Positions 1 to 12,986 of a DNA stretch of 64,000 bases are shown piece after piece. The DNA comes from the human T2T-CHM13v2.0 reference genome, Homo sapiens. Every line of letters begins with the position of its first letter. Position 1 is the stretch's first letter. Where the stretch lies: NCBI RefSeq assembly GCF_009914755.1, contig NC_060928.1; one strand, 5' to 3'. The notes below the pieces were generated by a model. That model ran no database searches and was not told the origin of the DNA. It saw only the letters and a list, made by a program, of their open reading frames with translations. The position numbers and the translations under genes are program-made.

Positions 1-1550
<1,550 letters not shown>

Positions 1551-1624
1551 ATCAGTTGACCACAAAAAAATGTAAAGAAATACTTTTATTTATTGTTTCC
1601 TTCTTAAGTACAGAAATAATCAGT

Positions 1625-1860
1625 ATAATACAGAGAGAAAGAACACATTCTCTAGAATCAGACTTTCTGGGTTCAAATCCTGACTCTATTGTTAAATAAA
1701 ATAGGCAAGTTACTCAACCCTTCTAGTTACTTCTTTATCTGTAAAATGAAAATAACAGTGATGTCTTCCTTATGCAGTTATAAGGATTCAATGTCTAATG
1801 TATCTAAACAACCTAAGTAAGCTGTATGGCACATAATAAGCACCAATCAATGCTAGCTGT
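1625..1860 (+). mobile_element. MIR SINE
   Basis: Core-like motifs ctgggttcaaatcctgactct, ggcaagttactcaacc and atctgtaaaatg. Confidence 0.7.
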
Positions 1861-2329
1861 GTTTCTAGACCTATCATAAGCATTATCTTTTAATTAATAA
1901 TCATAATTAGGTTTATATTTGTTTCATGAATAGGGCAAAGTAAGTGAAGATTGGATTTGCATATTTATGAGCATTAGGAACTAGAGACTTTGACATATAT
2001 ATTACCTAGATTAACCCTCATCAAAACATTGCAAGAAAAATATTATTTTAGTATTTTATAAATAAGAAAATGAAAGGTGAGATATCAAGATGTAGTAGAC
2101 CAGTAACTGGCAATGCAAGAATCAAACCATGCTGTCTGACTCTGTAGTTTATGTTTGTCCCCATTATAAAATATTGCAAAGATATGTATGTATATGTGCT
2201 GTGTTACACACAATATCATAAATGCAAGAAATTTAAAAAGGCTTTTTTTGGCAAAGGAAATCTTACTTGTGGCAAAATTCAGTTGAAATAATCCTAACCT
2301 TGTAATAAGAATCAAGAATAGAGAAAAAA

Positions 2330-4290
2330 TGCACTTCCCTAATGATTAGTGATGTAGAGAGTTTTTTTTCACATATTTGTTGGCCATTTGTATACTTTCA
2401 TTTGAGAAATGTCTGTTTAGTTCTTTTGCCCATTTTAAAATCAAGTTACTTGTTTTCTTGTTGTTGGTTTGTTTGAATTCCTTATGTATTTTGGATACTA
2501 ACCTCTTATAAGATGTATGGTTTACAAATTTTTTCTCCTAATCCATTCATTGTATCTTTACTCTATTGCAAGCTTGTCCAACCCGTGGCCCACAGGCTGC
2601 ATGTGGCCCAGGATGGCTTTGAATGTGGCCCAACACAAATTCATAAATTTTTGTAAAACGTTATGAGATTTTTTTTTACGATTTTTTTTTCTTTTAGCTC
2701 ATCAGCTATCATTAGTGTTAGTATATTTTATGTGTGGCCCAAGACAATTCTTTTTCTTCCAGTGTGGCACAGGGAAGCCAAAGGATTGGACACCCCTGCT
2801 CTATAGATTGTTTTCTTTGCCATGCAGAAGATTTTAGTTTAATGCAATCTTGTTTGTCTATTTTGCTTTTGTTGCCAGTGCTTTGAGGCTAAACCCAAAA
2901 AAATAATTATTCAGACAAATGTCATAAAGCTTTCCCCTTATTTTTTCTTCTAGTAGTTTTATAGTTTCAAGGCTTACATTTAAGTATTTAATCCATTTTG
3001 AGTTGATTTTTATATACTATGATTTAAGGGTTCAATTTTATTCTTCTGCATGTGTATACCCAAGGTCCCTCAACACGATTTATTGCACATACTGTTCTTT
3101 TTCAATTATGTGTTCTTGGTACCTTTGTTAATATCAATTTATTGTAAATGTGTGGGTTCATTTCTGGGCTCACTGTTCTGTTTCATTGGCCTAGGTGTTT
3201 TTTAAAAAAATTCCAGTACCATACCATTTTGATTACTATAGTTTTGTAAGATATTTTAAAATAAGATAGTGTGATACCTTTAGATTGTTCTTTTGATATA
3301 TGAAAAAATGTTCAACAGTACTAATCATGAGGGAAATTCAAATTAAAACCGCAATGATATATTACCTCACACCTGTTAGAATGGCTATTTAAAAAATGGA
3401 AGATAAGTGTTGGCAAGAATGTGGAGAAAAGGGAACCCTTCCTTGTACACTGTTGTTGGGAATGTAAATTAGTACAGCCATTGCGTAAAACAGTATGAAG
3501 GTTACTCAGAAAGCTAAAAATTAAACAAGTATTATCTGATTCAGCAATCTCACTTCTGTATACATACCCAAAGGAATTGAAATGAGTATATCAAAAGATA
3601 TCTGCAATTCCCAGTTTATTGCAACATTATTCACAATAGCCAAGATATGTAATCAACCTATGTATACATCAGTGGATGAATGGATAAAAAACGTGGCATA
3701 TACACACAATGAAATACTAGTCAGCCTTTAAAAAGAAGGAGATTCTGCCATTTGCAATAACATGGATGAACCTGAAGGACATTATGCTAAGTTATATAAG
3801 CCAGGCACAGAAAGGCAAATACTTCATAATCTCACTTACATGCATAATCTAAAAAATGTCAAACTAATAGAAGTAGAGAGTAGAATGGTGGTTACCAGAG
3901 GTGATGTTGGGAGGGAATGGGAGATGTTGATCAAAGGGTACATTTCAGTTAGACAGGTGATACTATAAGTTTTCAAGGTCTACTGAACAGCATGATGACT
4001 ATAGTTAATAACAATGTATTGTGTATTTTGAAATTGCTAAGAGAATAAATTTCAAATGTTCTCACAACAAAAAAAGATAAATATGTGAGGTGATGGATAT
4101 GTTAATTAGCTTGATTCCATCATCCAAAAATATGGATATACATATTTATATATATATATAATCACATTGTATATATATAATCACATCATATATAATCACA
4201 TTGTACCTCATAAGTGTATAAAATTATTATTTGTCAATTTTAAAAAGGAAGAGAATACAATTATTATTTGTCAATTAAAAAATGAGTAAA
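2330..4290. mobile_element. Old L1MA with 5' inversion: antisense segment ~2330-3295, sense segment ~3296-4290
   Basis: Degenerate ORF2 3' sequence in antisense, then a sense ORF2 end and L1MA-type 3'UTR. The two segments meet at the same consensus region (ctaatcatt/gagggaa). Confidence 0.8.
2569..2798 (-). mobile_element. MER30 (hAT-Charlie) non-autonomous DNA transposon
   Basis: Ends caagcttgtccaa ... ttggacacccctg; 8-bp TSD ctctattg (2561-2568) / ctctatag (2799-2806). Confidence 0.9.
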
Positions 4291-4354
4291 AATAGAAAAA
4301 ATGTTGCTTTTTTAAATTGGCAAATTATTATTATTTGTCTATTATAAAAAGAAA

Positions 4355-4910
4355 ACATCAAATACTGAAGAAAACGTGGTATATCCACAAGAGAATATTG
4401 TTTCAGCCATTAAAAAAGAATGAAATCCTGTCATTTGCAGCAACATAGATGGAACTGGAGGACATTATGCTAAGTGAAATAAGCCAGGCACAGAAAGACA
4501 AATAATGCATGTACTCACTCATATGTGGGAACTATATGAAAATTGATCTCACGGAAGTACAGAGTAGAACGGTGATTACCAGAGGCTGGGAAGGGTAGGG
4601 TGGAGGGGAGTTAAGGAGAGGTTGGTTAATGGATACGTACATACAGGTAGATATAAGGAATACATTCCAGTGTTTAATAACAGTAGGGTGACTAGGATAA
4701 AATATGCAACAGTAATTTATTGCATATTTTAAAATAGCTGTAAGAAAGATTTGGAATGCTCCCAACATAAAGGTATAATAATTTTTGAGCTGATGGATAT
4801 ACTAATTACCCTAATTAGATTACTATGTATTGTGTTCGTGTATCAAAATATCACATGTACCCCCAAAATATGTACAATAATTATGTATCAATATGAAATT
4901 TCAAAAAGGC
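4355..4910 (+). mobile_element. L1MA 3' end fragment
   Basis: gaatgaaatcctgtcatttgcagcaac...aagtgaaataagccaggcacagaaagaca, ending catgtacccccaaaatatgtac. Confidence 0.8.
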
Positions 4911-5052
4911 AAGTGAATTTCTATGTTTGTTAAAATTAATGGCACTTTCTGATTGTATTCATGTCTTACTACATTATCACAATAAATGGGAGTAAACACA
5001 GGTTTTGTAATAACTACTGGATTTGCTTTATTGTTTTTATGCCTTTTTAGAG

Positions 5053-5262
5053 CAGTGCTGACTAATATGATAGCCACTTCTACATGTGGCTATTTAAATT
5101 TAAACTTACATAACTAGAATAAAATAAAATAAACTTATTCATTTGTTTGTATTAGCCATACTTCAAGTGTTAAATAGCTACCTGTGGTTAGTGGCTACTG
5201 TGTTGGATAGTTCAGATATGGAACATTTCTATCATTGAAAAACTTTTTATTGGACAGCACTG
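5053..5262 (-). mobile_element. MER3 (hAT-Charlie)
   Basis: Termini cagtgctg...cagcactg, internal tagccac/gtggcta palindromes, 8-bp TSD ttttagag / ttctagag. Confidence 0.85.
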
Positions 5263-5328
5263 TTCTAGAGTAAATCAGGATGTAGAATGGAATGATAAGC
5301 AGGAAATTTCAGTAGGGGGGAGATTGCC

Positions 5329-5356
5329 AGTCTGGCGACAGAGTGAGACATTGTCT

Positions 5357-5390
<34 letters not shown>

Positions 5391-5393
5391 TAC
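5329..5393 (+). mobile_element. Extremely 5'-truncated Alu with A/(GA)n tail
   Basis: ctggcgacagagtgagacattgtct followed by A8 and (GA)n; flanked by agattgcc at 5321-5328 and 5394-5401. Confidence 0.7.
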
Positions 5394-5469
5394 AGATTGC
5401 CTAAGGGTAGCTACCAATTCTTTGCAGTTCAAAGTAGTAGAAATAACAGTTGTTTTGCATTCTGTAGGA

Positions 5470-5640
5470 ATGAACTCTACTTGCACTACCTGTCAGTTTG
5501 GGCAACATTCACCTTCCCAGAGCTTCAGTTTTTTGATTTGTTAAATGAGGGATAACAATTTCTACCAGGCCTCACTTCCAGGATTTTTGTGAGGATGAGT
5601 ACAACGATATATGTCAAAGCTCTATATAATGATTGTATAA
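5470..5640 (+). mobile_element. MIR fragment
   Basis: ttgggcaa...cagagcttcagttt...taaatgagggataac...ttgtgaggatga. Confidence 0.6.
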
Positions 5641-6010
5641 AATCTATAATAATTGATATAATTCTCAGTTGTGTGTGTGCCTGTGTGTATGTTTCATGAA
5701 GTATTGATAATGATGGCAATTGTTATAGATTTCATATGCTGAGCTTCATTTTCCTGCTAGAAATTCATGATGCCTGAACATGATTCCATCTCTCCTGAAT
5801 TTGTACTTGCAGAATGAGTAGTATTAACAGATAACCCATAGAGAACCTTTTTCAGATGATTGCCAAACACTGAAAGGCTTTAGATATTTCCTCCTAATGT
5901 TTATCTTTTCTTATCTTTTTAAAAAAGAATAATCATTTCCACTTCTTCAGTACTACTGGAAAACCACAAAAAAAAATAAAAACTTTTCTAGGCCTTTCAA
6001 AGTGTTTCAC

Positions 6011-6062
6011 ATTTACTGCCACACATAGAGAGCAGGATTTACTGCCACACATAGAGAGCAGG
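6011..6062. repeat. Perfect 26-bp tandem duplication
   Basis: atttactgccacacatagagagcagg twice. Confidence 0.95.
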
Positions 6063-6788
6063 AGGAATATTTAATCAAAGGGTTTAAAGCATGTGGTATT
6101 GGCAATCAATGTACAACTCAGATATAGAAGGCTCTCCTGATTGCAAGTCGTACCATGAGGTGGGGTAGATAAAGTTACTAGAATTAGCAAAGAGCTATTA
6201 GTTTTCTTTAAGCTTCACTGTTTCAATTAGAAACAGTAGTTGAATTGTATACATGGTAATATTATACAAGCCCATCAGAAGTTTCAGATGTTTTCTGACT
6301 TTGTTTTGTTTTTAGCTATTTTTCTTTTAAGCAAAAGCTTTTAAAGAACAAATTGCGTACATTTTCAGCATACACTGCTGGGTTAAAATATTTATATAAT
6401 TTCAGAATGATATGAGATAGATACAGTCTAATGATATTCATTGATTCATCGGTCAAAATAAAAACTTTTCTCAAAATATCTGAATGAAAAATAATTGGTA
6501 AATAATCATGAATTTCTATATAAAATTCCTACAATATTTTTCTTTTTTGGGAAGATATTTCATAATACATAACAGAAATTTAAAAATTTTTTTCTAGTTC
6601 CTGACTTTCATTTCCCTAGAAAACTTACTATTAAAATGTTAGTTTTATACCAAGATGATAACATGCCTTTTTAAAAGAAAGTAGAATACATTAGTTTTTA
6701 AAAGGAGATATTATGGTTTTATGATTAATAATAATATGAATAACAATATTATTATGACAAATTATTAAGGAAAGATGCATGGAAATAA

Positions 6789-6830
6789 GTGGAAATGTGT
6801 CCTGAAAATGTGGAAATGTGTCCTGAAAAT
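6789..6830. repeat. Perfect 21-bp tandem duplication
   Basis: gtggaaatgtgtcctgaaaat twice. Confidence 0.95.
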
Positions 6831-9800
6831 GTAGAAATGAGAGAGGGACACAAAAATAGGTAAACCACAATTGCATTATATATGAGCTTGAACATCTCCA
6901 TGATATATTAACATTGGAAATCTAAGTCATATGGGTAATTTCAAGGTTTTTTTAAATTACAACAAAGTACATAAAGATAAATAAATTGGCATGGAAAAAG
7001 AGTCAGACAAAAGTTCCAGTCTTTTCACAAAGCCAGCATTTTAGCAGTTTCTCAATTACCCTGAACATTTACTACTGCTGATACTGCACAATGAGCTGTC
7101 TCTTAGAAAAATGTGAAAATGTGTACATATTGTACATATTGTTATATTGATCACTAAGCAGGGTAGTAAAGGAAGACAATTGGTAAGCAGAAGTTCAGAT
7201 TAATAGTATAAAATATGATGTAAATATTAAAACACAGGGAAGGAAATGTGCTATCAAATTCTTGATTCAGCTTGCTATACTGGATATTCTCCAAGAGTAA
7301 GAGATTTAGTTTATAGGCTAAATCTAAGAATGGAAAAATGGAAAATTACTCCATTTCCTCTGTGGCTGTTGCTGCTGTTGTCACTTTGGTGAAATGTATA
7401 GCCACAGGAAATTTGACATTTATATTTCTTGTTACAATTAATGCACAAAAAACTATAGAAAACCTTAGGACACTTAGAAACTGATTTTATCTTTAATGTA
7501 ATTATCTTAACTATAAATCTTGACAAAATCTACAGCCATCTGAACAAATTCTTAATTAAAAGAAAAAAGGAGAATCAGACATTAATGTCAGGAAATGAGT
7601 TCTGCACCCAAGTTGAGATTCTTTATTTTGGAAAAGATACACAATGGTAGGAGAAAAGGCAAATATCCATATGAACTAAATGCCTCTTGTGTAAAAGATA
7701 CAGTGCTAGGCTCTAGAACCACAATTTTAATTCCAAAAGATCCCTACATACAATCTTATTTAAACCTCCACAATTTTCAGCAAACGGAGCATAATAAAGT
7801 TAAATATATGTGACCAAGATTACTCCTAGATAGAGCAAGAACTGGAATACAAGGATCTTTCACATCCAAGACCCTGTTCTTTCTAGTTAGCTGTGGGGCC
7901 AAGGCACAGCATGCAAAACCTGTCATGTACATGGCACGGAGCTCTTGGCTTTCCTAGTTCCTAATTCAGTCATTTAATAGTCTGTCTGTATCTACAGAAT
8001 TACTTTCATGACCAAGAATTGATATTTTTGTTATTGGTCAAATTTGAACATACTAGTACTGAGGGCAAAGCTTTGCAGCATGTCCTTAGAACCCTTCCTC
8101 CAGGTGGAGATAATTCTCTTTATCAACACAAGCGGAGGTTTGGCACTGAACCAATATTAACCGCAACTTGAAAGCAGTTCATTTTTCTTTACCTGATTCA
8201 CAAGGCTAACAGAAGACTAGAAAACATCTTTCCTGAATTTAGACAAACTTTGTCTATTCCACTTCCACAGTAGGAATTTTTAATAAATAATCTTTGACGA
8301 ATGAAGGTGGATCTGATATAGTATAACATTCACATTGTTTCCATTCTCTATATAGACACCACTTCTTTATTCTTATTGATGCATTTTATAATTATAATCA
8401 TTTAAATATTATGTTTTATGTCCAATCATACAGCTGTTGATTAGTATAATTTATTCTCTTTCCATCTTGCTAATTAGTCATTGGTCTTGTAGCATTTATG
8501 TTGTACAAGGCCAGTGTTGTAGATAGTTACTCCAAGATGTCAGTAGGGAGTCATTTGTGCCCCTCACGCATATATTTTGGGATGTATTTTGTCATTGCCA
8601 AGGATTTTTAAATTATTTATAGGAGAATGTGACTACATTTTCTTCCAACCTGAGATGGAATGAAGTAGTCTTTATTTATGGAAATACTATGTAGAAGAGA
8701 TGGATAGCAAATCTTTTCTGTTTCCAAAGTGAATGAGTTCAAATTGTAGTCATATGGATTTAGTGAGCTGTAAATAAGATGCTAACTCTAAGAAGCATTA
8801 CAAATGACTTTGAGAAGATATCTATAGTTTTCTTACTTAGGGAACAGTATGATATAGGCAAGACTAAGAAAATAAAATAGCATATTTAATTTCTTTTACC
8901 AAATATCCTAAATATGAAATCTGTTAGCCCCTCTACTCATTTCCTCCTTACAGTCTTCGATTTTAGTACAGAATAGGAGCAAGGCAAGGGATTCATGAAA
9001 TTTTAGATTCTTATCAGATCTATCATTCTAGAATAGTTTTTTACAACTGCAAGTGTATTTTAAGTTAGTTTGTGAGTTGAACACTAGATATTTAAAATTC
9101 AACTTTTCATATGCCAACCTATGGTGTATTGAATAAAGACATAAAGTTTCAAATTTTGTTGTATAATTGTTATAATTTTAAACAGATAGTTTCAATAATG
9201 ATTTTCATACATTGCATTTTAGCCAATGTTTTAATAGGTAGCCAAAATCTTTGACTATCTACTAATAAGTAGACTAAAGTTGACAAGGATCAGTTTCCTT
9301 TTCTAGATACTAAATTATTCTCAAATTGGAATGTAAGCATTAATATAACTTGGTCAGCAAACAGGATAATGTTAAGAAAGCATTCTCTCTTAAAATTTAT
9401 AGAAGTATCATAATTTCAATTTCCAACTTGAATATCATAGTAATGTATTGAATAGTACACATTTTTTGAAGGAGAGCTTTGGCAAGATTAGTAACCAATT
9501 ATCATTGAAAAAAATGAACTAAACTTAGCCTAGGCTTTGAGGATTGTGTGACAATTGTTATTCTATATTTTGAAATTAGTTGAATATACTTTCCTTTAAA
9601 GTATAGGGATTTTTAAGTTAAATACTTGGCTACATTTAAGAGGTTCAACACTCTAATTTTAATGGTAAGGAAACATTTTTAAAGCTATCAGCTTATTTCT
9701 CAAGGGTAATATTCAGTCTTTTTACCTAGTGCTAGTTAATACCAGTGTTGTTATTTTTAAACTATTGCTACTTAGGCAGAACATAATAAAAATCGAGTGG

Positions 9801-12277
9801 GAGTAGTTAATCCAAAATTATCTAAAAGTTTCATATTAATTCAAAGTTTAAATATGCTAGGTTCTATATAACATAAAAATGTGAGATATTTCTACTGGCT
9901 ATACTTCAAAGAATATAATTCACAAGGCTTGAAATTGACCACAGTTCCTAAAAGTAGTGGGAGAAAGAGAAATGGAAGCAATGCTCTTCAATATTTACAA
10001 AGGTCTTCTGCTCGTGACTAGCCTAAAATTTTTTCAGCTCTTATATATTCTTGTACATGAGTAATTGGGAGTTCAATCAGCATCTGCTAGCCTTTCATTA
10101 TTTATTATTTATTTCTGTGGGTACATAGTAGAGGTATACATTTATGAGTTCCATGAGATATTTTAATACAGGATAATGCGGTATCCATCACTTCAAGCAT
10201 TTATCTTTTGCATTACAAACAATCTAATTATACTTTTTTAGTAATTTTAAATGTACAATTAAATTATTGTTGACGGTAGTCATTCTGTTGTGCTATATAA
10301 TATGGGAACTTATTCATTCTTCGAACTATATTTTTGTACCCAATAACACTTCCCACTTCACCCCTACTTTCCCACTACCCTTCCAACCTCTGGGACCTTC
10401 CTTCTACTCTCTATCTCCATGAGCTCAATTATTTTCATTTCTAGCTCCCACACGTAAGTGGGACCATACAAACTTCATCTTTCTGTGCCTGGCTTATTTC
10501 ACTTAACATAATGACCTCTAGTTCCATCCATGTTGTTGCAAGTGAAAGAATCTCATTCTTTTATGGCTGAAAAGTACTCCATTGTGTATATGTACCACAT
10601 TTGCTTTATCCATTCATCTGTTGATGGACATTTAGGTTGCTTCCAAGTCTTGGCTATTGTGAATAATGTTGCAATAAACATGGGAATGGATATGTCTCTT
10701 TGACATGCTGATTTCCTTCCTTTTGGTTATGTACCTAGGAGTGGGATTGCTGGATTATATGGTAGTGCTATTTTTATTTTTATTTGAGAAACTTCCAAAC
10801 TGTTCTCCATAGTGTTTGTGTTAATTTACATTCCCATCAACTGTATGAGAGTTTCCTTTCCTCCACATCCTTGCCAGGATTTGTGATTGCCTGACTTTTG
10901 GATAAAGCCATTTTAGTTGGGGTAAAATGATAACTCATTGTAGTTTGGAATTGCACTTCTTTGATGATCAATAATGTTGAGCATCTTTTTTATGCTTGTT
11001 GGCCATTTGTATGTCTTCTTTTGAGAAATGTCTATTCAGATCCTTTGCCCATTTTTAATTGGATTATTAGATTTTTTTCCTAGAGAGTTGTTTGAGTTAC
11101 TGATATATTCTGGTTATTAACTCCTTGTCAGATGGGGAGATTGCAAATATTTTCTCCCATTCTGTGGGTTATCTCTTCACTTTACTGATTGCTTCCTTTG
11201 CTGCACAGAAGCTTTTTAACTTGATGTGATCTCCTTTTGTCCATTTTGGTTTTGGTTGCCTGTGCTTGTTGGGTATTACTCAAGAACTCTTTGCCTAGTT
11301 CAATGGCCTGGATCATTGACCCAATGTTTTTGTGTAGTAGTTTCATAGTTTCAGGTCTTAGATTTAAGTTTTTAATCCATTTAGATTTGATTTTTGTATA
11401 TATTACATAGCCCCTTTGAGGCTGTTTTCTAGATGCTGTAGGTATGCTTCATTGTTTTTTTATTTGTTTTTCTTTTGTTTCCTCTTACTGTACATTTTCA
11501 AATAGCCTGCCTTCAAGCTCACTAATTCTTTCTTCTGTTTGATCAATTCTGCTGTTAAAAGACTAATGCATTCCTCAGTATATAAATTGTATTTTTCAAC
11601 TCCAGCAATTTTTCTTGATTCTTTTTAATTATTTCAATGTCTTTGCTAAATTGATTTGATAGAATTCTGAATTCCTTGTGTTCTCTTGAATTTCTTTGAG
11701 TTTCCTCAAAATTGCAGTTTGGAATTCTCCGTCTGAAAGGTCACATATCTTTGTTTCTCCAGAATTGGTCCTTGGTGACTTATTTAGTTCATTGCATGAG
11801 GTCATGTTTTCCTGGGTGATCCTGAAGGTCATGGATGTTTGTCTGTGTCTGGGCATTGAAGAGTTTGTTATTTATTGTAGTCTTCACAGTCTACGCCCAT
11901 TTGGACCCATCCTTCTTGGGAAGGATTTCTAGATATTCAAAAGGACTTGGGTATTGTGATCTAGGCCACATCTGCATTAGGGGGTACCACATACCTAGTA
12001 AGGCTGTGGTTCTTGCAGACTCACAGAGATACTGCCTTGTTGGTCTTGGATAAGATCCAGAGGAATTCTCTGGATTTCCAGACAGAGGCTCTTGTTCTCT
12101 TCCTTCACTTTCTTCCAAATATAGTCCCTTTTCCTGTTCTGAGCCACCTGGAGCTGGGTGAGGTGGATGGGGTGACACAAGCAGCCTGTGGCCACCACCA
12201 CTGGAACTGCATTGGGTCACACATAAAGCAAACACAGCACTGGGGTTCACCCAAAGCCTGTTTTAATCACCATCTGG

Positions 12278-12395
12278 AGATATACCTAATGTAAATGATG
12301 AGTTAGTGGGTGCAGCACACCAACATGGCACATGTATACATACGTAACAAACCTGCACATTGTGCACATGTACCCTAGAACTTAAAGTATAATAA
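12278..12395 (+). mobile_element. Short L1PA (L1PA4/5-like) 3' terminus inserted into the older L1
   Basis: agatatacctaatgtaaatgatgag...catgtaccctagaacttaaagtataat; TSD-like taatcaccatctgg (12264-12277) / taatgaccacctgg (12987-13000). Confidence 0.85.
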
Positions 12396-12986
12396 TATAT
12401 TTATATATATTTATATATAAATATGTATTATTTATATATATTTATATATAAATATGTATTATTTATATATAAATATATAAAATAAATTTAATAAAATAAA
12501 TATATAAAATAAATTTAATAAAATAAAATTTATATAAAATATATAAATATATTATATATAAATATATAATATATATTTAATATATATAAATATATATAAA
12601 TAAATATATATTATATCATATATAATATATATTTAATATATATAAATATATATAAATAAATATATATTATATCATATATAATATATATATTATATATGAT
12701 GTATATAATATATATTATATATGATATATATATTTTATATATAATAATATATATTATATATAATAATATATATATCTTATATATAATAATATATATATCT
12801 CATATATAATAATATATATATCTTATATATAATAATATATATATCTCATATATAATAATATATATATCTTATATATAATAATATATATATCTCATATATA
12901 ATAATATATATATCTTATATATAATAATATATATATCTCATATATAATAATATATATATCTTATATATAATAATATATATATAAAA
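12396..12986. repeat. AT-rich minisatellite / low-complexity array
   Basis: Almost pure A/T; the distal half is about nine ~21-23-bp units of atatataataatatatatatct(c/t). Confidence 0.95.

Noticed and set aside
7000-10080. Apparently repeat-poor stretch (also ~39900-43300) that might hold enhancers or antisense lncRNA exons
   Set aside because: No feature can be supported from sequence alone; needs conservation and expression data.
12730-12975. Regularly spaced repeats resembling a CRISPR-like array
   Set aside because: No unique spacers; a pure AT minisatellite in eukaryotic DNA.
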